NCBI RefSeq assembly: GCF_001194135.2
Contig: NC_068990.1
Span: 77,248,154 to 77,292,307, forward strand
DNA length: 44,154 bases
Reading direction: 5' to 3'
Origin: Octopus bimaculoides
Taxonomy: Eukaryota
Positions 35,002 through 44,154 of the stretch are shown piece after piece. Position 1 is the first letter of the stretch; the number at the start of each line of letters is the position of its first letter. The notes under the pieces are model-generated. The model had not been told where the DNA came from. It searched no databases and was given only the letters and a program-made list of their open reading frames with translations. Both the position numbers and the translations under genes were made by a program.

Positions 35002-35061
35002 ATCACTCTTTCTTTCTTCCTCTTCCTCTATTTTATGTATGTTTGCATCCTATGATTTAGG

Positions 35062-35148
35062 TTTATTTCTGTTTTTCTCGCCAATGGAGAAAGAGCCCGT
35101 TTCTGACCTAGATCCAAGACTCTTTCATTGCAATTTCAACGACATCAG
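35062..35148. mobile_element. Short repeat family E, second copy
   Basis: Colinear with 8395-8485. Confidence 0.65.
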
Positions 35149-35399
35149 TGTGACAATTGTGTAAGTACGGGTGTATATGTACAAGTGTTTGGCGACAGTT
35201 CATGTGCAGATGTGTATGTTTTACTTTATGTATGTATACTCTGACATATAGATGCATGTCTATGCATGTGCATACATACTTATATGCTAAACTAACGGAA
35301 AGTTTTACACATTTTGACTGTTCCATTAATGACTTGTATCTGTAGTCTTCTAATTTGCCTCGTTCTTTCTGGTTTTGAAAGCCCTAGTTTCTGAAGATG

Positions 35400-35880
35400 G
35401 TTCTGAGACAGTTGGTTGCAAATATTAGTGCCCCAATAATCACTAGTATGAATCTAAACTTGTAGTCCGGGTGGAGTAACTGTAAATTTCTCAATAGTTT
35501 AGCATAGGCGCTTTCTTTTTGCTGCTGATTTTACCTTTATGTTGACATCTTTTGGGCAACTAAATTTCAGTATTAAACATGGTTTCCAGAATTATCATGT
35601 CTACTCCTTTATATTTGCATTTTATTGAGATCTTCTCAGGGGATATCCCACCAATACACTTTGACATTATGAGTGGTTATGCTCTCACCCGCACTGCATT
35701 TTCTTATATCTTCGATCAAAGGATTATCCTTCCGAAGGATGTCCCTGTAGGGAGTCTTGGCTATAACATCATGTCTCATTGCTTCATAATAACGCGATGA
35801 CATTTTCAGACAATTGCTTATGATGAATGTGATATCTTCAGTATTCACTCTACAAAGTTTGCATCGATAATTACATTTTG
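35400..35880 (-). pseudogene. R4/Dong-like LINE C-terminus: CCHC zinc knuckle + RLE
   Basis: CKLCRVNTEDITFIISNC..RHDVIAK..YWWDIP..SCPKDVNIKVK..AYAKLLRNLQLLHPDYKFRFILVIIGAL. Confidence 0.85.
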
Positions 35881-36699
35881 CATTATGTATATATATATAT
35901 GCATCTATACATACATATAAACACACATGTATATGTATATATGTGTGTCTGTGGGTATGAACGTGTGTATGCATAAACCTATATAAATAAATAGATAAAC
36001 ATATGTATATGCACATAGATTCTTATAGATATACACCCATTCGATCTCTTACTTGATATTCTTGTATGTGTGTGTGTGTGTGCGTGTACGCATGTGAATA
36101 TACATGTATGTATAAATAACATATACACGAGAAACCATATATATATACACACAAATGTATGAATTAGAAACACTTCCAATGAATGCCTTAAAGCAAAGTA
36201 TTTTTTAAAGAATTTTAAATTATATGTACTTCAAAAACAAAAACAAAATAAATTTAAATTCGAAACAAAAATGTAAGAATCTGTATTAATATTCATTAAT
36301 TATACCTTAATCTATTATAGTGTATCTGATATCTGAGTTTTGTGGAGAAACCTTTCAAGTAGAAAATGACAATAGCATTCAGATCTGTACACAATAGTTA
36401 CTTGGTTCTCACCAACATTGAATAACTTCTCTATAACCTGCATTTATATTGATTCTCACCTCAGGTTGGTAGAAGTCCAATATCATACACATTCGTGATA
36501 AAATAAAAATTTCTCATTAGAGTAATTATTACAAGAGATGTTATATTGAGCCATTTATATTTTTACGAAAATAAAAATAGTATTTTTTTTAAAACTGTCA
36601 TTAACAATATTGATTTCATGTATCACCACAAGGATACACACGTGTTTAAGATGAAGATGTGGGTGAGGAGCTATTGTATAAGGAATGGAAGTGACTTCT

Positions 36700-36810
36700 A
36701 AGACTTGACTGGTACTTTAGTTTATTCGCTCCCAAGAATGCTCGAGGGTAATGTAAACTTCGGCAAGATTTGAACTGCTGAGAACTTAACGCTAAGTAAC
36801 TAAACATTCA
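36700..36810 (-). mobile_element. Degenerate SINE family A
   Basis: ACTGGTACTTTAGTTTATTCG...AACTTCGGCAAGATTTGAACT. Confidence 0.5.
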
Positions 36811-36879
36811 CAAGGTATTTTAGTTCTTGTGTTTATCGATTTTACCACTTAGTGTTTCATTTATACCTTTTAATATTGA

Positions 36880-36960
<81 letters not shown>

Positions 36961-37003
36961 CTCACACATGTATGTATGTATATGTGTGTGTGTATACAAT
37001 ATT

Positions 37004-37293
37004 TGTGTGGTAAGTAGCTTGCTTACCGACCACATGGTTCCGGGTTCAGTCTCACTGCGTGGCACCTTGGGCAAGTGTCTTCTACTATAGCCTCAGGCCG
37101 ACCAAAGCCTTGTGAGTGGATTTGGTAGACGGAAACTGAAAGAAGCCCGTCGTATATATGAATATATATGTGTCTGTGTTTGTCCCCCCAACATCGCTTG
37201 ACAACCGATGTTGGTGTGTTTACGTCCCCATAACTTAGCAGTTCGGCAAAAGAGACCGATAGAATAAGTACTAGGCTTACAAAGAATAAGTCC
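37004..37293 (+). mobile_element. SINE family B, 3'-truncated
   Basis: Near-identical to 16871 copy up to AAGAATAAGTCC. Confidence 0.95.
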
Positions 37294-37392
37294 ATATGTT
37301 AAATTCAATCACAATGGGATTTAAACTTAGAATGTAAATGAAGACAACGAAATAATGCTATGTACTGTCCATGATAATATTATTTCTAAGAT

Positions 37393-37600
37393 AAGGCGGT
37401 GAGCTGGCAGAGTCGTTAGCACGCTGGGTAAAATGCTTAGCGGTATTTTTGTCCGTTCTTACGTTTTGAGTTCAAATTCCGTCGAAGTCGACTTTACCGT
37501 TAATCCTTCGGGGTCGCTAAAATAAGTATCAGTTGAACACTGGGGTCGATGTAATCGACAACCACGTACCCCGAAGTTGCTGGCCTTGTTCCGAAGTTTA
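37393..37600 (+). mobile_element. SINE family A
   Basis: AAGGCGGTGAGCTGGCAGA head, GAGTTCAAATTCC B box, core and tail. Confidence 0.9.
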
Positions 37601-37659
37601 TCCCTAACATAGGAACAAGGTCACACATTGTGGAAGAAGGGGAGTAAATGATTATATGT

Positions 37660-38400
37660 GAATTTCACGATGTGTCTACAACTTTAGTCATCGACTCTGG
37701 AAATGTGAAAGGAAAACTCATTTCCGCTGTACTGAAAGGAACGTAACTAGATATTAATTACTTTTTTTCTTTAGCCAGTTTAGCTCAACATGCAAAAGAT
37801 GAAATGAAGACCAGATACACTATCGCTTTGGAATATTACAATAGATATTAGTGAAAGAATGAGGTTTTCAGTCATGGTGTAGTTAACGACCGTAAGAAGT
37901 GTCTGCTTCTTCATTTTTATTTCACATTGAATTGATGTAGTTCCAGTATTTGGATAAGATAGATGTGGAACTCAATCAAAAGCTTTTCTGTAATTTACCA
38001 AGCATACGAAAGTTTCCTTTTGCTTACTTTCTCATTAACCAGTGCCATATCGTTAAAAAGAAGCTGGTCAATTTTCCTGTCGGAATTTAGTATATACACC
38101 TGCTCTACAGAAATTAATTTGTTTTTACCTCCCTTTGGATAATATTTTAGAGAGCAGTTTATAAATTATTACCAGACAGCTGATTATCTGTTACTATTTT
38201 CTTGGAGATCACTGTTGTCTTTCTAGTAAAGAGACATAGTCGGGATAGTTCAAGTGAATTTTGAAAGTAAATATGGTTTGGCAATTCACTTCCTACATGT
38301 CAACAACCAGTGGGTTTGAAGATTGTGATATCAGAGTTTTCGAGTTCACGAAGCTGAAATGAAACAAGCCTCGAGTCATTCTCATATTGTTATGCTTTGC
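37660..38400 (-). pseudogene. R4/Dong-like LINE reverse transcriptase remnant
   Basis: Across frameshifts: FTRKTTVISKK, KLLSKIL, DQLLFNDM..KRKLSYAW, NYRKAFD*VPH, IFQSDSVS, VDD. Confidence 0.75.
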
Positions 38401-38562
38401 GGAAACGGTCCTTTATTTTCTATTATAATTTACATACCTTTGTTTTCAAAATATTTCTAAATTGTCCTTAATGGGCATTATATATATTATATGCTGTTAC
38501 CGCTAATACTTCTATAGTATGTTTACAGGGACTTAGGTTAAGGAACATAGTTTTTCTCTATT

Positions 38563-38949
38563 GTTTGTTGTTGGTATTCCGTCGCTTACGACGTCGAGGG
38601 TTCCAGTTCATCTGATCGACGGAACAGCCTGCTCGTGAAATTAGCGTGCAAGTGGCTGAGCACTCCACAGACACGTGTACCCTTAACGTAGTTCTCGGGG
38701 ATATTCAGCGTGACAAAGTGTGACAAGGCTGACCCTTTGAATTACAGGCACAACAGAAACAGGAAGTAAGAATGAGAGAAAGTTGTGGTGAAAGAGTACA
38801 GCAGGGTTCGCCACCATCCCCTGCCGGAGCCTCGTGGGCTTTAGGTGTTTTCGCTCAATAAACACTCACAACGCCCGGTCTGGGAATCGAAACTGCGATC
38901 CTATGACTGAGAGTCCGCTGCCCTAACCACTGGGCCATTGCGCCTCCAC
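38563..38949 (-). mobile_element. SINE family D, full length with TSD
   Basis: 11-bp TSD TTTTCTCTATT at 38552-38562 and 38950-38960. Confidence 0.95.
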
Positions 38950-40005
38950 TTTTCTCTATTATTAAACATATAAAAATTTATTTAAACCGGCTATTATGTT
39001 AGTACTGAAGTATTTACAGTCGTGCTTCTTCATTGTTTATGCCATCATACAGGATGCAGTTCTATTGTTTACAGTACGAATCATTCACAGCCAGCTGGCT
39101 TATTTTACTTGCTGTGTTATTTGGAATATCTATTCCATACTTCAAATTATCCTTCCATTCGTCTATTCTATGTTGTTAGTTTCTATCTTTTGTAAAGTTA
39201 GGTCGATTATTTAATCCTTCAATCTCTTTGGCTGTGAATACGCCAGCGTAAAAGAAATCGTTTAACTGACTATATCACCGGACGTTGATATATCATAATA
39301 TCAAATATCTCAGTATACGTTGCTTAAGGCACCCTTTTATCTATGTTGGTAAGAGCGGGTTTTCTGAAACACTGTTATAGATAAGAATTACTGTAAGTCT
39401 GTTCCTGTTCATAAATAAGATGTTGATAGTACATGGACCCGCGAGCTTTCTTTTCATTAGTCACGGAAGCATTGCTGCTTTCTCCTAACAACCACGTTTC
39501 TTGCTACCAATAAAATATGACATCGCAGTCTATAGCTATGCCCAGAACTAGTAGTACAGTCGTGTTCTAGCAAAAATCCATTGCTGTAGAACATGTATAA
39601 GCTTAAACTGCATGTATAATTGAATATAAGAAAGAAACCGGTTAGACTTAGAATCTTTTATCTACTTATTGACAGACTCTATATAGACATTCGTTTACAT
39701 GTGTTAGGTGTATGCAGTTTCACATGCAATGCTCATTTATATATGACTTGCTATTATATATTTACTATATAGTACAATTACAATGTGAGAAACACGTCCT
39801 TACAGTTTTAATTAATAAGTTAATTACCGGAAGTAGTAGTATCCACAACATTAATAGTGTTGTTGTTACAAGTGATGATAACATTAATATTACTGCTGCT
39901 ATTAATACTACTACCATCACTATTATTAACATCACGGCCATCTTTTACCATTCTTCAACATCAGAAAATAATTTATAGCTATTTCTTCTTTTCTATTTTG
40001 TTTTT

Positions 40006-40051
40006 CTTTTGAAATCCCGATTTCAAATTTAGTCAGTGATTATTGTTATTA

Positions 40052-40127
<76 letters not shown>

Positions 40128-40225
40128 CATTATTATTATTATCATTATTATTATTATTATTATTGTTGTTGTTGCTCTTTTGAAATCTCAATTTCAAATT
40201 TAGTCAGCGATTATTGTTATTATCA

Positions 40226-40283
<58 letters not shown>

Positions 40284-40346
40284 CATTATTATTATTATTA
40301 TTACTATTATTATTACTATTATTATTATCAATATTATTAATATTGC

Positions 40347-40377
<31 letters not shown>

Positions 40378-40390
40378 ATTATTATTATTA
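40006..40390. repeat. Two 171-bp-period units (hairpin header + (ATT)n)
   Basis: CTTTTGAAATC..ATTTCAAATTTAGTCAG(T/C)GATTATTG at 40006 and 40177. Confidence 0.85.
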
Positions 40391-40393
40391 TTA

Positions 40394-40583
40394 TTAGCAC
40401 GTCGGGAAAAATGCTTAGCGGCATTTCGTCTATCTGCACGTTTGGGTTCAAATTCTGTCGTGGTTGAATTTGCCTTTCATCCTTTTGGCGGTCGATAAAT
40501 TAAATACCAGTTGAACACTGGAGGCGATGTAATCAACGAGCACCCTCCCCCAAAATTTCTGGCCTTGTGCCAAAATTCGAAAC

Positions 40584-40644
<61 letters not shown>

Positions 40645-40680
40645 GTTACTGTTGTTGTTGTTGTTGTTATTATTTGTTAT
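40394..40680 (+). mobile_element. SINE family A, 5'-truncated, with long (ATT)n tail
   Basis: TTAGCACGTCGGG...GTCGATAAATTAAATACCAG...GAAACCATT(ATT)n. Confidence 0.9.
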
Positions 40681-41058
40681 CAATTAAGCTTGAACTTATA
40701 GCATTCTAAAAAGAATTTAATAAACTTGTTAATATAATGTTAAATCATTTAGATATTCTAATGGAAATTTACATTTTTTTAAAAAATTTACATTTTTTAA
40801 AAATGTTTTATATATTTGTGTTATGCGATAATGTTTAGACAAATATTTGAACAAAAATTGTTTTAAATCTTAAATAACAAAATAAATACAAGTTTACATT
40901 ATTAAAAATTTACAGTATTAATGGCATTTACATTGCAGTAGAAATGCAATTAATAACTTAAAGTTTCGGTAGATAGCTATTTCACACAGAAACTGGAATC
41001 AAATTCTCTTCACCTAAATGATGATTCACCGTTCGGATGTTCAATATGTTAGTTACGA

Positions 41059-41286
41059 AGGGCAGAGAGCTGACAGAAACGTTAGCACGCCGGCCGAAAT
41101 GCTTAGCGGTATTTCGTGTGTCTTTATGTTCTGAGTTCAAATTCCGCCGAGGTCGACTTTGCCTTTCATCCTTTCGAGGGGGGAGGGTGATAAATTAAGT
41201 ACCAGTTGCGTACTGGGGTAGATCTAATCGACTGGCCCCCTCCCGCAAAATTTCGGGTATTGTGCCTAGAGCAGAAAAGAATAATT
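41059..41286 (+). mobile_element. SINE family A (younger subfamily tail CCTAGAGCAGAAAAGAAT)
   Basis: Full head, B box and core; different 3' end from the other A copies. Confidence 0.92.
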
Positions 41287-41495
41287 ACAGGTATAAACCT
41301 GAACTTATAATCTGGATAGAGTAACTGCAGATTTCTCAATAGTTCAACGTAAGCATTGTCTTTTTCATTAATCTTCACCTTTATGTTAACATCCGCTGGC
41401 CAGCTAGTTTTCACCACTGTACACAGTTTCTCTTCTCTATCACAAATCATTATATCAAGTCTGTTGTGCTTACATTTCATTGAGGTCTTCACTGG
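41281..41495 (-). pseudogene. R4/Dong-like RLE fragment, same family as 35400
   Basis: [66 protein letters not shown]. Confidence 0.85.
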
Positions 41496-41511
41496 TATGT
41501 AAGTATGTATG

Positions 41512-41542
<31 letters not shown>

Positions 41543-41555
41543 GTATGTATGTATG

Positions 41556-41588
<33 letters not shown>

Positions 41589-41629
41589 TTGCATGCATGC
41601 ATGCATGTATGTATGCATGTATATGTGTG

Positions 41630-41700
<71 letters not shown>

Positions 41701-42924
41701 AAAATATATTCATAAAACATAATAGATTCATAGAACATTAATATCTGAATATTTTATAGATATAAGTAAAATTTAAGAGCGAAAAAATTTTAGAAAAACG
41801 TGTTCTATATTCCATGCTATTAGACTTCGCACAGAAACTTTTCGAATATGTGATTATTAAAAGAAGAATGTCATGAATTATAGTGTTCCAATGCAAATAC
41901 TGTCTATACATGAGTAAGAAATATAGAGTTGAGTGGGAAAGTGTATATGTGTGAGGGCATGTGCATGCATGTGTGGGTTGTATGTAAGTGAGATAGAATA
42001 TTAGAGTGTGAGAGAAAGAGAGGAGAAAATTGGAGAGAGAAAGAGAGAAAGCAGAAAGATTAATGAGAACTGAAGTAGAAAGGAACAAAAACAGGTTAAC
42101 GTCATAAATTGTTGATGTCTTTGTACCTTAGACTGACTTCCAACTGCTATTAATGTTGAAACTCATATACTTGTACAAAATTTGAGATATATTTAAATTC
42201 ACCTAAAATTATGTAAAGGAATTTCGGACGCTCAGAAGTTTCAGGATAAATGTGTTCAAATTATTACCAGTATAGTAATAAAAAGATATATATAAAACGT
42301 AGTTCCATCGCAAGTAACATCTACAGTAAAACTGGTTGCCTCAAATGTTCGTTTATAATCCATTATATTTTTTTCTTAACGCGCTGTAGCCTCATGTGCA
42401 GAAAACCTCATGCTAAGCAGACGACATAGTTTTTCCATATATAATCCTGTGATGCACTTGTTTCCAAGATTCATTAGGTATTTCGGATTTTTCAGCATCA
42501 GACATATTCCCCCAGATGAGCCATCAAAGCTTGATCAATTCCCAGCTTAATTCGAGTTTGCACTCCCTCTGCTGGTACTGCTCCCTTCAGCAACCTCTGC
42601 TGCTTCCACTTTCAACTCGATGACCTTCTACATACTGACCGCTGTGATGCCAACCATACTGTAAACGATGTATAGAGACTGGCATGCAAACATTTATGGG
42701 ATACCATCTCGATGGTATCATAAATGTATATTTATTTACGAGGTTGGTGTACATTGCTGGATGAGACTTTGGAACCTCCTCAATTCCATCTGATGCAATT
42801 ATTTGTTGGTAAACAGACTGTCAACGAAAACAAATAAGCAATTCACATAAAGTGTACAATAGGAATAAAATATTTTCCTGGCATCAAAAATAACTGTGTG
42901 TTTAAGAAACTCGCATTCCAGATA

Positions 42925-43478
42925 AATGGTTTCGAGTTCGGACTTACGCCCAGCAATTTGGGCAACCGTCTTCTTTCCACCATAGCTCTGGGTCGACTAA
43001 TGCCTTCTGATTGAAGTTGGCCGTCGCATGTGCGTGTGTATATATAAATATATATATGCATGTGTGTGTGTGTGTGTGTGTGCGTGCGTGTGTGTGTGTG
43101 CGTGTGCGTGTGTATGCGCGCGCGCGTATGTGTGTGTGTATGTATGTATGTATGTATGTATGTATGTATGTAGAGAAGGCAAAATACGAAGACAGGTGAA
43201 GAAACAACAAGCAAGTGTATTAGTTTGACGCTCGGGAAGAATGGAAAAGTCTTTGACGTTTCGAGCCTATGCTCTTCGGCAATATATATATACACTTGTC
43301 GCTTGAGTCTCGGTTTTGATTTGTTTACATGTCCGGAACTTAACGGCTCGGCGAAAGAACCCGATAAAATAAGCTTTTCTTTTTAAAGCCCATGAGTACC
43401 GTGTTCATTTTGTTCCACTAAAATCCTTCAAGGCAGTGCCCCAATATGGCCATTCTCCAATGACTGAAACAAGTAAAA
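42925..43478 (+). mobile_element. Old family-B-like SINE interrupted by microsatellite and an HHR-bearing insert
   Basis: Head GGTTTCGAGTTC..TTTGGGCAAC..CATAGCTCTGGGTCGAC (42925-43025); tail CGGCTCGGCGAAAGAACCCGATAAAATAAG..AATGACTGAAACAAGTAAAA (43295-43478). Confidence 0.7.
43170..43282 (-). mobile_element. Penelope pLTR-like fragment with HHR relic
   Basis: TTGCCGA-A-GAGC ATAG GCTC-GAAAC-GTC-AAAG followed by about 85-nt pyrimidine-rich tail. Confidence 0.55.
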
Positions 43479-44118
43479 TCGTATACATATAACCAAGCTG
43501 TCAGTCTTCTCTATCGGGGTCTATAATTTCGTGTAATGAGCTTCGTTTACTGTACAAAAACAAAAACAGCGCTCAGTTGATCCTTCAAGCACACATCTAC
43601 CTATATTATAATTATTTGTATCAACAAGAGGTTAAAATTAATATTTTAGCAAATGGGTTAGTTAAGAAGCATATAAAATGTATGTACAAAAATAATTGAT
43701 GGTCTAGCCTTCAATTAGTTATAAATGTTTAAAAAAAAAAAACTCTTATAAAATGGTAGGCTGGAATTAAAGGAGGTGGGGGTCTTATGTGATGATTGGT
43801 TGCATGAAAGAGAATCTGTTCTTTTGAGATTGGTTTTGGTAATCTATTGAAGTGAAATGGAAGGTCGATCCTGTTTATTTATTTATATAGTTATTATTAA
43901 GTTGCAAATACATTTATTTCATTCCATATAAATATTTATTCTTTCCTCTGTTCAGTTAGAATTTATATTTCCAATAAAAACGTGACTGTTTACATACACA
44001 TGTGCGCGCGCACACATACACACATTAACACATGCACATAAAAATATATATACATATATTTGTGTGTTTTGGTGTTTGAGTGTGCGTGTATAGTATGTAT
44101 GTATACACATATATCCGT

Positions 44119-44154
<36 letters not shown>

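Noticed and set aside
37775-37852. Apparent plus-strand terminal exon (acceptor ttttttctttag; SLAQHAKDEMKTRYTIALEYYNRY*)
   Set aside because: It is the antisense of the LINE RT motif IFQSDSVS within the 37660-38400 remnant
38026-38102. Apparent minus-strand exon QVYILNSDRKIDQLLFNDMALVNEK with a GTAAGC donor
   Set aside because: DQLL.N.M..KRKLSYAW/NYRKAFD continues past the donor; it is decayed RT
601-44152. Dozens of ORFs rich in HT/CV/YI/RE/SL/poly-L/poly-N or X
   Set aside because: They are translations of di-, tri- and tetranucleotide microsatellites and N gaps, not proteins
1-44154. CRISPR array or other prokaryotic system
   Set aside because: No regular repeat-spacer array, operon structure or bacterial-type ORFs; the sequence is typical repeat-rich animal DNA

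Overview
Repeat-dominated eukaryotic genomic DNA with no confidently identifiable host gene. The SINE families and microsatellite landscape point to an octopus (coleoid cephalopod) short-read scaffold; this is recognition from memory, not a database search. There are 11 N-gaps: 725-823, 3271-3632, 5993-6062, 7041-7516, 10523-10745, 13226-14187, 19187-20109, 21198-21289, 26345-26549, 31626-32038 and 33154-33163. Almost all ORFs in the supplied track are translations of microsatellites or gaps. Supported content: (1) about 25 copies of tRNA-derived SINEs from several families; (2) two decayed mariner transposases plus a fragment; (3) piggyBac-type and hAT-type MITEs; (4) decayed R4/Dong-like LINE pieces (RT, CCHC, RLE) and a Penelope-like RT remnant. 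The most interesting signal is a set of type-I hammerhead-ribozyme (HHR) motifs with self-complementary stem III, the dimeric form known from Penelope-like elements. One is nearly intact (14288-14349, minus), one is folded into a 132-bp palindrome (11136-11267), one is nested in a SINE (43251-43282), and two lie downstream of tRNA-derived heads (29575-29885 and 15209-15416), suggesting tRNA-promoter + ribozyme non-autonomous retroelements. A few weak candidate host exons and regulatory motifs are listed at low confidence.
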